DNA of 21,541 nt from a virus (taxonomy: Duplodnaviria > Heunggongvirae > Uroviricota > Caudoviricetes): IMG/VR virus record IMGVR_UViG_2526164662_000046. One strand, written 5' to 3'. The position numbers were made by a program, and so were the translations under genes. Positions 1 to 10,958 of this stretch are shown here, piece by piece (the first letter of the stretch is position 1; the number at the start of each line of letters is the position of its first letter). Below the pieces are notes generated by a model that worked only from the letters and a program-made list of their open reading frames with translations, did not search any database and was not told the origin of the DNA.

Positions 1-213
1 TCAAAGCGCCACTACATGAACAGCGGCAGGACCTTTAGGTCCGTTCTCAATACCAAATTCAACTTCCTGATTCTCAGTTAATGTTTTGAAATCGTTGCTC
101 TGAATTGCTGAGAAATGGACAAACACATCTTTGCTGCCATCTTTCGGCGTGATGAAACCAAAACCTTTTTCAGGGTTAAACCATTTCACTAAACCAGTCA
201 TTTTGTTAGACAT
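1..213 (-). CDS. cspI: Cold-shock protein, CspA family (CspI-like)
   Basis: 70-aa [24 protein letters not shown]...VFVHFSAIQ with RNP1/RNP2-like cold-shock-domain motifs; stop at 1-3; long AT-rich leader upstream (214 to about 400) as is typical of csp genes. Identity to CspI is from memory. Confidence 0.85.
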   Translation of the reverse strand: MSNKMTGLVKWFNPEKGFGFITPKDGSKDVFVHFSAIQSNDFKTLTENQEVEFGIENGPKGPAAVHVVAL

Positions 214-575
214 AATTATTACCTTTTGAAGAAATTAGCCCTTGGGCAGAATGGTCCGAAAAAAAATATCAGAGAGAAAAACCAACAAGGAAATCTCAAG
301 AGGTACAAATAATAAAATTATAACAATGACTGCTTCAGATAAATTTGTAACAAACCAGAACACCATTAACGCATGATTAACCACCCATAGCAAGGATTAC
401 TTTTGTAAAGAAAAACACAGCAATGAAAGAATAGCTTTATTTATTAATAAAACGTGTCATTCTGATTAAGACCTTTTATCTTACCCTTAAGATTTCAGGA
501 ATTTTGGCTCATGGAAGAGTCCTTTTTATTTAAATTTTACATTCCGCGATGTAAATGTTCCGATTTAATATTACC

Positions 576-1599
<1,024 letters not shown>

Positions 1600-1603
<4 letters not shown>

Positions 1604-1911
1604 ATATATTTATGATGAGGACGCTCGTGCTTATTGGCAGGATTTTCAATCTTAAAGGAGTACTGATGCTGCAGATAAGACTCAACTTTTTCTGACAATT
1701 TTTCTGCTACTTCCAGGAAGACTTGCCGGACGCTCCTTCTGGCTGCTGCCTCATAAAACTCCAGCGCAGCTCCTTCAACACGGTCCATGGCGACATCCAG
1801 GTCAAAAATTTCACCGTCAAAGCGTTCCTTGTCCTGTAAGGCTACAGTTACCGTAACTTTATTCTCAAAATTACGGACTCCTTTCACAACCAGTTCATAG
1901 TCTTGAGTCAT
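1600..1911 (-). CDS. ydfR: Conserved prophage protein of unknown function (YdfR-like)
   Basis: 103-aa ORF between the holin and the endolysin, 4-bp gap to the holin stop and 4-bp overlap with the endolysin start; assigned by synteny and length to K-12 Qin ydfR (recalled). Confidence 0.7.
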
Positions 1912-1915
1912 TGGA

Positions 1916-2131
1916 TTACTCTCCTCTCGCAGCCTTACGCCTGTCTTCTTTAATCTTGAAATAAAGATTTGTCAGATACGTCAGCAGGCCAAAAACCAGG
2001 CTACCCAGCACACCGATTGCAGCCCACTGTGACGGAGTTACTTTATCGAGTAACTGTAATGCCCAGAAACCAGCATTACCCGCCGATGTGCCATAGGCAA
2101 CACCTGTTGTTAACTTATCCATTGATTTCAT
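1916..2131 (-). CDS. essQ: Class II (pinholin-type) holin
   Basis: 71 aa from ATG at 2129-2131 ([10 protein letters not shown]...) preceded by GGGGTGAGGA Shine-Dalgarno; two hydrophobic helices and a charged C-terminus ([11 protein letters not shown]); dual-start MKSM motif typical of S21-like holins. The ORF track extends upstream to 2209, probably without a start codon. Confidence 0.8.
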   Translation of the reverse strand: MKSMDKLTTGVAYGTSAGNAGFWALQLLDKVTPSQWAAIGVLGSLVFGLLTYLTNLYFKIKEDRRKAARGE

Positions 2132-2350
2132 ATCCTCACCCCGATGTACACGGATGGTGCAATATGTTTGAAAAAGATCGGAGTCTACGGGGTAGTTTTG
2201 ACAGCACACGTTGTTCTCAACGGCGCTAAAGAAACATACACATTAAAAATGTGAGTAATTATTTTGAAAGAAAGTCATATATAAAATAATAATACGAGAA
2301 ATGTTTTCATATTTAGTGTACTGTATACGGCCATTATACAGGAAAAGCCT

Positions 2351-2521
2351 ATGTCAGAACGTAAAGACTCAAAATCACGCCGTAATTATCTCGTTAAATG
2401 TTCCTGCCCAAACTGCACCCAAGAGTCAGAACACAGTTTTTCAAGAGTACAAAAAGGTGCCCTTTTGATCTGCCCTCATTGCAACAAAGTATTCCAGACA
2501 AATCTTAAAGCTGTAGCCTGA
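2351..2521 (+). CDS. Small zinc-ribbon protein (56 aa), function unknown
   Basis: ATG at 2351 with AGGAAAAG 6-7 nt upstream; MSERKDSKSRRNYLVKCSCPNCTQESEHSFSRVQKGALLICPHCNKVFQTNLKAVA has two C-x2-C pairs; stop TGA 2519-2521. Below the 60-aa ORF-track cut-off, found by reading the sequence. Confidence 0.5.
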   Translation: MSERKDSKSRRNYLVKCSCPNCTQESEHSFSRVQKGALLICPHCNKVFQTNLKAVA

Positions 2522-2575
2522 TTGATTTTATTAGTAACAAGTATTTTTTATATTTTAATAATATATTTAAAGCAG

Positions 2576-2603
2576 ATAATAAAAAACCCGCCTGAGCGGG
2601 TTT
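2576..2603 (-). terminator. Rho-independent terminator downstream of cspB
   Basis: Stem aaacccgc (2584-2591) / gcgggttt (2596-2603) with loop ctga; on the minus strand the hairpin is followed by a U-run (complement of the A-run at 2575-2586). Confidence 0.65.
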
Positions 2604-2884
2604 GAGATTGTGGTGCTTTTTGTGGGAGTCATCCACTTACGCACTTTGTTTTGCGATGCCAGCAGTTAGCTTCTGCTGTGAAACTATTCATGCAGCAAAC
2701 CTGCACTTCACCACAATGGTTAGCATACTTTTCCTGATTAAGATTTTGCCAAATATGCTAGCCATTGTTTCATGTATTGGACCTCCTTACTTTTTATTAA
2801 AGAGATCCAATATTCACTACTCTGTCCGTATCTCTACTCAGGCATCAGCCTTCTTCGTTATCGTATACAGACGAGCGATGAATT

Positions 2885-3100
2885 TTAATCAGTAATGATG
2901 ACATTTGCTGCTGCAGGACCTTTAGCACCTCTCTCTATAGAGAAGGTAACCTTTTGACCTTCAAATAAGGTTCGATAATTATCATTCTGAATCGCAGAAA
3001 AATGCACAAACACATCTTTACTACCATCAACAGGAGAAATAAAGCCGAAACCTTTATCAGCGTTAAACCATTTTACTAAACCAGTCATTTTATTTGACAT
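2885..3100 (-). CDS. cspB: Cold-shock protein, CspA family (CspB-like)
   Basis: 71-aa [41 protein letters not shown]... with RNP1/RNP2 motifs; about 200-nt leader upstream (3101 to about 3300). Confidence 0.85.
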   Translation of the reverse strand: MSNKMTGLVKWFNADKGFGFISPVDGSKDVFVHFSAIQNDNYRTLFEGQKVTFSIERGAKGPAAANVIITD

Positions 3101-3410
3101 TCTACATTCCTTAACTTGAGCCTTTCGGCATAAATGGTTTGCATAACAGAAACGACTTCGTACTTAATTGGAGAGACTCAAAGAAGGAATAAGTGAATAA
3201 CACCTGAAATGAGAACTGCTTTAGTAAACTACTTCGTATATCGTCTGTTCTTCAAACCGACGCAGTCATTAACTCATAGTTGAACATATGAAGCAATGTT
3301 TATTTTAGACATCCAGCCACCTTCAATCCTATCAAAAAAGTAGTTTTCTCCAGGAACGTGTGTATGGTGCACCAGGTTATCAGTATTAAGGAGTTTTTCT
3401 GTCCCCTAAA

Positions 3411-3601
3411 ATGACAGGAATTGTCAAAAACTTTGACTACAAAAGCAGCAAAGGTCTTATATTCCCATCCGATGGCGTATCGATGCCCAGCTTCACGTTT
3501 CAGCTCTCAATCTTCGAGATGCAGAAGAAATTACCACAGGATTACGCGTGGAATTTTGCTGGATAAATGGTTCGCGTGGACCTTCAACTGCCAATGTTTA
3601 T
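3411..3601 (+). pseudogene. cspF: cspF/cspH-like cold-shock gene, frameshifted
   Basis: Frame 0 from ATG 3411 encodes [22 protein letters not shown] (cold-shock-domain N-terminus), then the homologous continuation [42 protein letters not shown] lies in frame 2 from 3476: a 1-nt deletion at about 3476 (ggcgtatc where ggccgtatc is expected). The downstream frame has no stop until it runs into the IS, so a second lesion near the 3' end is likely. Confidence 0.65.
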
Positions 3602-3645
3602 CCCGGGATGAGATTCAATATCTCTATTGCCCCATTTAAAGCACA

Positions 3646-3679
3646 AAAACCCGCTTATAAGCGGGTTTTCTACTTTTTT
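3646..3679. terminator. Bidirectional intrinsic terminator between convergent cspF-like and Q genes
   Basis: Stem aaaacccgc (3646-3654) / gcgggtttt (3661-3669), loop ttataa, followed by a T-run (3670-3679) on plus and preceded by an A-run (U-run on minus). Confidence 0.65.
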
Positions 3680-3775
3680 CTAAACGTCGGATACACAAAG
3701 CCCATCGTTGAGAAAATCTTATCCATATTTTTTGAAAAATGCAAACATCATGTCGCCATCTTCAGCAAAAATCAT

Positions 3776-5402
<1,627 letters not shown>

Positions 5403-5439
5403 GTAAGCGTGCAGCAAGAACCGTATTGACGGGGATGTG

Positions 5440-6978
5440 TTATTCAGTCGGCAGTGCTACGCGCCAGGGGAGCAGTTCGCCGACCCGGTTTATCGGCCAG
5501 TCGGCTATGACGTCAAGGACATAGCGGAGGTAGCTTTCTGGCTCCACTCCGTTCAGTTTGCACGTCCCGATCAGGCTGTACAGCAGCGCTCCCCGCTCTC
5601 CTCCATGATCCGAACCGAAGAACAGGTAGTTTTTGCGGCCCAGACTGACCATCCGCAACGCATTTTCAGCGATGTTATTGTCCGCCTCAGCCCAGCCATC
5701 ATCTGCATAGTACGTCAGCGCCGGCCACTGGTTCAGGGCGTATGCGAACGCTTTCGCCAGTTCTGAGTGTCGCGACAGGGTTTTCATCTTTTCACGCAGC
5801 CAGCTTTCCAGGGATTTCAGCAGCGGTTTCGTTTTCAACTGACGTTCGGCAAGGCGCTGCTCCGCCGTCATTCCCCTTATCTCTGCCTCGATGGCGTACA
5901 GTTCGCCGATCCGTTTCAGCGCTTCCTCCGTCAGGGCTGACGGGGTGCGAACGTGCACATCGTGGATTTTACGGCGGGCGTGAGCCCAACAGGCGGCTTC
6001 CGTTATCCGGCCATCCCGGTACAGCTCGTTGAACCCGGCGTATGCATCCGCCTGCAGTACACCACTGAACCCCGCAAGATGGGTCTGCGGATGGATGCCT
6101 TTTCTGTCCGGGCTGTAAGCGAACAACACCGCCGGCGCCAGCGTTGACCCGGCGTTACGGTCGTCACGAACGTAGGTCCATAACCGCCCGGTCTTCGTTT
6201 TCTTATTGCCTGGCAACAGCACCGGGACAGGCGTGTCATCAGCATGGAGCTTACCGTCAGTCAGCACATAGTCCTGAAGCGCTTCTTCCAGCGGTGACAG
6301 TAGCCGGCAGCATGCATCCACCCAGCCCGACAGCAGTGAACGACTCAGCTCCACGCCCTGGCGGCCGTACATTTCAGACTGGCGGTACAGCGGGGTGTGC
6401 TCTGCATACTTTGAGATCAGCACGCGGGCCAGCAGCCCCGGTCCTGCGATACCCCGCTCGATGGGCCGTGAAGGCGCGGGGGCCTGCACGATGGCATCGC
6501 ACTGAGTACAGGCATGCTTTTCACGTACAGTCCGGATAACCCGGAAGGCGCTGCGCATCAACTCCAGCTGTTCGGCGGCATCCTCACCCAGATAGCTCAG
6601 TGAGCCTCCACATTCCGGGCAGCATGATGCTGCCGGCAGCAGCCGTTTTTCATCGCGGGGGAGTGATTCGGGGAACGGTTTGCGGGTGCGGGTTTGACGC
6701 AGCGGGCGCTGCACGGCCGGGTCGTCAACCCGACCGGTAAGGGTATCACTTTCTTTCTGAAGTGCCTTCAGGTCAGCTTCCATCTGTGCGATACGACGGG
6801 AGACTTTTTCGGAGCGGCTGCCGAAGTTCATCCGGCGCAGCTTATCCAGCTGTGCCTGCAGATGGTCTATTTCGCGTTCACGCTCGTTCAGCTTTTCCAG
6901 CAGGGCACGGTTCAGCGCCTCCTGTTCGGCAAGGAGACGTTTCAGTGCATTGATATCGTCAGGAAGTGAGCTGCTCAT
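5440..6978 (-). CDS. IS66-family transposase (TnpC/Orf3)
   Basis: 512-aa ORF with N-terminal coiled-coil/leucine-zipper ([38 protein letters not shown]) and CPECGG / CTQCD zinc-finger-like motifs typical of IS66 transposases. Confidence 0.85.
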   Translation of the reverse strand: MSSSLPDDINALKRLLAEQEALNRALLEKLNEREREIDHLQAQLDKLRRMNFGSRSEKVSRRIAQMEADLKALQKESDTLTGRVDDPAVQRPLRQTRTRKPFPESLPRDEKRLLPAASCCPECGGSLSYLGEDAAEQLELMRSAFRVIRTVREKHACTQCDAIVQAPAPSRPIERGIAGPGLLARVLISKYAEHTPLYRQSEMYGRQGVELSRSLLSGWVDACCRLLSPLEEALQDYVLTDGKLHADDTPVPVLLPGNKKTKTGRLWTYVRDDRNAGSTLAPAVLFAYSPDRKGIHPQTHLAGFSGVLQADAYAGFNELYRDGRITEAACWAHARRKIHDVHVRTPSALTEEALKRIGELYAIEAEIRGMTAEQRLAERQLKTKPLLKSLESWLREKMKTLSRHSELAKAFAYALNQWPALTYYADDGWAEADNNIAENALRMVSLGRKNYLFFGSDHGGERGALLYSLIGTCKLNGVEPESYLRYVLDVIADWPINRVGELLPWRVALPTE

Positions 6979-7026
6979 ACCGGGTATATTACCAGGCTCA
7001 TTCAGCGTCGACCAGGATAAAGAGGC

Positions 7027-7374
7027 TTACAACATAGTCAGGGACGTAAGCAGTCTTTTAGGCTGCCGCCAGTCGATACCTTCCAGCAGCATCGCCAGCT
7101 GTGCCGGTGTGAGGAACACTTTGCCATCCCGGGCTGACGGCCAGGCGAAGCGGCCGCGCTCCAGCCGTTTGGTCAGCAGACACAGTCCATCGCCGGTAGA
7201 CCAGAGGAGCTTTACCTGACTGCCATTACGCCCACGGAAGATAAAAACGTGACCTGACATCGGATCGTCTTTCAGCGTCGTCTGCACCTTTGCCGCCAGG
7301 CCGTTGAAGCCGTTTCTCATATCGGTGATGCCAGCGACCAGCCAGATCTTTGTCCCTGATGGTAATGGGATCAA
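7027..7374 (-). CDS. IS66-family accessory protein TnpB (Orf2)
   Basis: 115 aa; position and size match IS66 Orf2; start overlaps the tnpA stop (ATGA at 7371-7374). Confidence 0.8.
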   Translation of the reverse strand: MIPLPSGTKIWLVAGITDMRNGFNGLAAKVQTTLKDDPMSGHVFIFRGRNGSQVKLLWSTGDGLCLLTKRLERGRFAWPSARDGKVFLTPAQLAMLLEGIDWRQPKRLLTSLTML

Positions 7375-7775
7375 CGTTTGAGCTCCCGTATCAGCAGGTT
7401 CAGGATATTTTCGCTGATGGCACCATTCAGACGGAGTGATCCGTGCCGGAACGTCACTTCACAGCTGATATTGAGTGATTCAGGTGTCGCAGCAGCTACA
7501 GGTTGTGACCGGGGGGAGGTTGTAGGGACAACATCTTCGGCATCAAGTGTTATCGGGAGCAGCTCAGGCACGTTGTTTTCTGTTGTTGAAGGAGGACGTA
7601 GTTTTCCTTCGCGCCAGTACTGGCGCCACTTGAACAGCAAATTATCGTTGATCCCATGCTCACGAGCGAGTTGCGCTACGGAGATCTCTGGTCGATGCGA
7701 GAGTTCAACCATTTTGATTTTGAACTCAACGGGATAATTAGGGCTTTTTTTACGCACTGCGGTTAATGATTTCAT
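7371..7775 (-). CDS. IS66-family accessory protein TnpA (Orf1)
   Basis: 134 aa with HTH-like region (ISVAQLAREHGINDNLLFKWRQ); first ORF inside the IS end. Confidence 0.8.
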   Translation of the reverse strand: MKSLTAVRKKSPNYPVEFKIKMVELSHRPEISVAQLAREHGINDNLLFKWRQYWREGKLRPPSTTENNVPELLPITLDAEDVVPTTSPRSQPVAAATPESLNISCEVTFRHGSLRLNGAISENILNLLIRELKR

Positions 7776-7856
7776 GGATAGCGTCCACCATATTTGGTGT
7801 CCACTATTCTCTCAGGAATTTCAGGATCTGCCAGACGGTGCTGAGACGACGCTTAC

Positions 7857-7864
7857 TAGTGTTT
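7857..7864. repeat. 8-bp target-site duplication (TAGTGTTT), right copy of IS66-family insertion
   Basis: Identical to 5395-5402; immediately abuts the IS end at 7856. Confidence 0.85.
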
Positions 7865-8251
7865 CACCACTTCGCGCAATACATTATAAAATCCCGTACC
7901 TGAACAATGCTCACAGCGAGCCTTACTTGCCGCAGACCTGGAGTAATCAGCAAAGGCAAAATTCACGAGGTAAGGAATAATCTGTAACCGGATTTCTTCA
8001 CTCAATTTGTTCAATGTCGGGTTATCCAGTGCCATCGCGTAATTTAGCAGGCCTTCAATCGCAAACTGAGCGTCCTGAACACCAACTTTTGCCAGAAATA
8101 AGGCCAACCCAAGTGGTGCTTTCGACTGCACCATCCCCTGCGCTGCCATTACATCCGTAATTGTTAAACAACCGGTGCCTGTCGCTGGAGCGTCATCGCT
8201 CAATTTTGGAGATTTTGGGGAGTAATATTTTGGTAAGGCTTCAAGGTTCAT
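7857..8251 (-). pseudogene. quuQ: Q antiterminator, N-terminal fragment
   Basis: ATG at 8249-8251 (MNLEALPKYYSPK...) with GGAGA Shine-Dalgarno; frame ends ...YNVLREVVKH then a stop created by the IS junction. Removing the IS and one TAGTGTTT copy restores ...VVKH-YRRGESVIK in frame. The ORF track extends to 8281, which corresponds to a TTG codon. Confidence 0.8.
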
Positions 8252-8264
8252 GCTCGTTCTCCAC

Positions 8265-9314
8265 TTACGCCAGTACGCCAATTGCCAGCGCGCGATCGAT
8301 AAAACGAAATATCAGCTCCAGTTGGGAGCCATACTTCTCTTCAAATGCCACTGTATCCGTATGCAGCTCGTTGTGATGCTTTCTGCACAAAGGCAACACA
8401 AAGAGATCATGTGCTTTTGTTCCCATTCCGCCCTGCCCGTGACCAATCAGATGATGCGGATCGTCGGCTGGCATACCGCAGCAAGCACACGGCTGTGTCT
8501 TAACCCAACGTGTGTATTTCTCCTTAACCCAGCGGCGACGTTTAGGCAGCTTCATGAAAGATTCCGGAGACTCTGGATCAACGGTGATGCTTACCACCGT
8601 CTTTTCCTGTGGTGTTTTTTGTTGCTGGTGGGCGTAAGGCAACGGTGCAAGATTTTTTGTGCGTTGTTTCAATATGCTGGTGGCGGTCTGCTCTCCCGGT
8701 ACGATGTCGCTTTCGCGGTACACCGAGCAGATTTTTTCCGCTGGTAATCCCAGCGAACGACGCGATACAGCCTCAGGTAGTGCATCCACCACCTGATTGC
8801 AGACCGCCCACCAGGATAATTCAGCCAAAGATAATTCCCGCTCCTGCGTACCGCTTATTGCGTGACGGATGACGTCAATCACCCATGCTGTCAGATTTTG
8901 TTGAGCAAGCAGCTCCAGTGATTCCGATGTCTGGTCACGCAGTTGGTTGTCGCAGTGCCAACACAACACCATTGCGCCGGTACCATAACGGTGAATGACT
9001 GTTTCAGAGTGATGGTAATCGCCATTAGCCCACTGGCAGGATGTAACATGACGTAATAGCCAGTCAGACAATGCGCCAACACCGCCAGCAGCACGAATCA
9101 CCCGTTCGTTACTAAAAAACGGCAGCAATGTTTTGTCTTCCGCCAGCGACTGGCGAACGGCAGGAACGACTCCGGATGGCAGATTACGCATGCTTTTTGG
9201 TTCCGGTTCCACCAGCACTCGAGGATTATGAAATATCTGTATGGATTCACGGCCCGGCTTAAGGACCACCAGCCCAAGCTCAGGCACCAGAACAGGTCTA
9301 AGTAATACCCGCAC
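8265..9314 (-). CDS. ydfU: YdfU-like prophage protein (DUF968-type) with Cys/His-rich HNH-like motif
   Basis: 349 aa from GTG 9312-9314 preceded by GGAGG (the ORF track extends to 9353); Cys/His cluster CACCGMPADDPHHLIGHGQGGMGTKAHDLFVLPLCRKHHNELH; stop overlaps the Q start; synteny rem-ydfU-Q as in Qin (recalled). Confidence 0.75.
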   Translation of the reverse strand: MRVLLRPVLVPELGLVVLKPGRESIQIFHNPRVLVEPEPKSMRNLPSGVVPAVRQSLAEDKTLLPFFSNERVIRAAGGVGALSDWLLRHVTSCQWANGDYHHSETVIHRYGTGAMVLCWHCDNQLRDQTSESLELLAQQNLTAWVIDVIRHAISGTQERELSLAELSWWAVCNQVVDALPEAVSRRSLGLPAEKICSVYRESDIVPGEQTATSILKQRTKNLAPLPYAHQQQKTPQEKTVVSITVDPESPESFMKLPKRRRWVKEKYTRWVKTQPCACCGMPADDPHHLIGHGQGGMGTKAHDLFVLPLCRKHHNELHTDTVAFEEKYGSQLELIFRFIDRALAIGVLA

Positions 9315-9315
9315 G

Positions 9316-9594
9316 TTACCTCCAGATCCGTTGCTGGAAAGTGCGGGACGCACGTGGTGGGCGTTCGGAGTAAGGCAATCTGACTGAGATTATCCAGTGA
9401 CGGTAGTCGAGGCTAAGGGCTTTCTTAACCTCGTATCCGCGCCTGCGGTAACACTGAATTATCCATTCAGCCTGCTCTTCAGTGCATGGAGGGTGTTGGA
9501 ACCATTCAGACTTGAATGCGTGAGAATACCGCTCGTGCGTGCAGACAAGAACGGGCGAATTATCAGAATTGTAATATTTTACGTTGCGTGCCAT
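9316..9594 (-). CDS. rem: Small prophage protein (Rem-like)
   Basis: 92-aa ORF, ATG 9592-9594 with GGAGA Shine-Dalgarno; stop 2 nt before the ydfU start; assigned by position. Confidence 0.6.
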   Translation of the reverse strand: MARNVKYYNSDNSPVLVCTHERYSHAFKSEWFQHPPCTEEQAEWIIQCYRRRGYEVKKALSLDYRHWIISVRLPYSERPPRASRTFQQRIWR

Positions 9595-9660
9595 CGGTTT
9601 TCTCCGGTGGCACGGTGTTACTCAGCGGGAGTTCAGCCCCGCGCAAGATTGTAGATGAGT

Positions 9661-9912
9661 TTATTCTTCTGCAAAAGCTGAAAAGCCTGCTTTTATTCCG
9701 ATCTCTTTCAGTGCCTGTAATGAAGTGACAAACTCACCTTCGCGCAAGATAAATCCGTCTGTCACTCGACCATCCACAAAATTAATTAACGCAGCCCCAT
9801 TCTTTCGCAAACACATAATGCGGTAATGACTAACAAAATTTCCATTTTCAACGCACACAGCATAGAGGCCATCTTCACAAAAAATTTTACGCAGTTCTTC
9901 GATGTTCATCAT
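9661..9912 (-). CDS. Hypothetical protein, 83 aa
   Basis: ATGATG start with GGAAGGA Shine-Dalgarno 5 nt upstream; MMNIEELRKIFCEDGLYAVCVENGNFVSHYRIMCLRKNGAALINFVDGRVTDGFILREGEFVTSLQALKEIGIKAGFSAFAEE; no family recognised. Confidence 0.6.
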   Translation of the reverse strand: MMNIEELRKIFCEDGLYAVCVENGNFVSHYRIMCLRKNGAALINFVDGRVTDGFILREGEFVTSLQALKEIGIKAGFSAFAEE

Positions 9913-10030
9913 CAGAATCCTTCCGGATAATTAGCTCTCCCCTTTAAGGGACCATCCCTCTTATCCCTGCGCGCTACTTAAGTATTTTTGATTCTATTCC
10001 GGCACCGTCCAGAACTTCAAACGCGTTGAA

Positions 10031-10060
10031 AATAAAAACAAAAACCCGCCGAAGCGGGTT
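10031..10060 (-). terminator. Rho-independent terminator downstream of hokD
   Basis: Stem aacccgc (10043-10049) / gcgggtt (10054-10060), loop cgaa; on minus it is followed by a U-run (complement of aataaaaacaaa 10031-10042). Confidence 0.7.
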
Positions 10061-10128
10061 AAGTGCGGGTGCGTTGAGGATGCCTGCCACATCAGAGGTG
10101 GCGAGGGATTTCTCCCTCGCCGGGTTTC

Positions 10129-10284
10129 TTACTCCTCAGGTTCGTAAGCTGTGAAGACAGCGACCTCCGTCTGGCCGGTTCGGATTCGTACCTCGCAGAG
10201 GTCTTTCCTCGTTACCAGTGCCGTCACTATGACGGTTAAACAGATGACGATCAGGGCGATTAACATCGCCTTTTGCTGCTTCAT
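10129..10284 (-). CDS. hokD: Hok/Gef-family membrane toxin (type I toxin)
   Basis: 51 aa MKQQKAMLIALIVICLTVIVTALVTRKDLCEVRIRTGQTEVAVFTAYEPEE; ATG 10282-10284 with AGGAGA Shine-Dalgarno; single transmembrane helix plus conserved C-terminal periplasmic tail. Confidence 0.9.
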   Translation of the reverse strand: MKQQKAMLIALIVICLTVIVTALVTRKDLCEVRIRTGQTEVAVFTAYEPEE

Positions 10285-10958
10285 AGCCTGCTTCTCCTTG
10301 CCTTTCGGCACGTAAGAGGCTAACCTACATATGTCTAGCATGAAATTGGCCTCAGATTAATGTTAAGCGTCTTGCAGGACGCGTAATGTTAACTGGGGCT
10401 TTTCTCTATCTGCCGTTGGTGTTCATGCCCGAGGCAGATAGCCTCAAGCACCCGCAGCCATTCTACTTAACTACCGTTACCTCGCCAATGTGAAATCAGT
10501 CAGAAAGGCGATCCATAAGAACAATAGCAAGACAATAAATCGCCATTACAGCCGTAATAGCCAGCGCACATTTGAGAACCAGCACCACAACCTCCTGTAT
10601 TGGACGTAGACCAGTCCTGATGAATATGAGGCTGTCTCGTCAGTGATTCAATACAACTATTGGGTATAGTTTCTCTGATTTTTTCTGTGGAAATGGGGCA
10701 CAACCACTAGTCACCACCAGCACTTCTTTTAATACGCAAAGTCCGACACAAGCTAACTTTCTAGTCCGCTTTGAGCGAAAAACAGCCATAATTTAGTGCC
10801 ACGTATATAATGATAGAGCTATTCAAGCTAGCAATTCACATGTAAAAATTCAGAGGGTAGAAGCACATAGTTATAAATGTTGGCTCCATCGACAAATTGC
10901 GGTCTCAAGTACATTTATTAATGTTGCCCCCGCATTAACAAATCATCAAGGTGACGAC

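Larger units (their letters stand above)
5403..7856 (-). mobile_element. IS66-family insertion sequence (ISEc8-like), about 2454 bp, three ORFs
   Basis: Ends GTAAGCGTGCAGCAAGAACCG (left) and complement of CGGTGCTGAGACGACGCTTAC (right), i.e. imperfect inverted repeats starting GTAAGCG; 8-bp duplication TAGTGTTT on both sides; carries tnpA-tnpB-tnpC in the usual IS66 order. Confidence 0.85.

Noticed and set aside
2602-2895. 97-aa plus-strand ORF between the small zinc-ribbon gene and cspB
   Set aside because: Begins inside the cspB terminator region and overlaps the cspB 3' end; no RBS; hydrophobic low-complexity translation.
5437-6969. Several plus-strand ORFs (5437..5766, 5742..6032, 5953..6147, 6144..6539, 6694..6969, 6762..6953) and minus 6003..6245
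   Set aside because: All lie inside or antisense to the IS66-family transposase gene; Arg/Pro/Ala-rich translations typical of GC-rich antisense frames.
8250-8747. 165-aa plus-strand ORF antisense to ydfU
   Set aside because: Entirely antisense to a gene supported by synteny and a strong RBS.
10285-10341. Upstream in-frame extension of hokD (70-aa ORF) as a mok-like reading frame
   Set aside because: mok overlaps hok in a different frame; this extension is in the same frame and lacks its own RBS, whereas the 51-aa start has a strong Shine-Dalgarno.
10500-10703. 67-aa minus-strand ORF (Cys/Gly/Tyr-rich) right of hokD, examined as a possible relE/relB remnant
   Set aside because: No resemblance to RelE/RelB, no Shine-Dalgarno, low-complexity composition; probably non-coding leader sequence.
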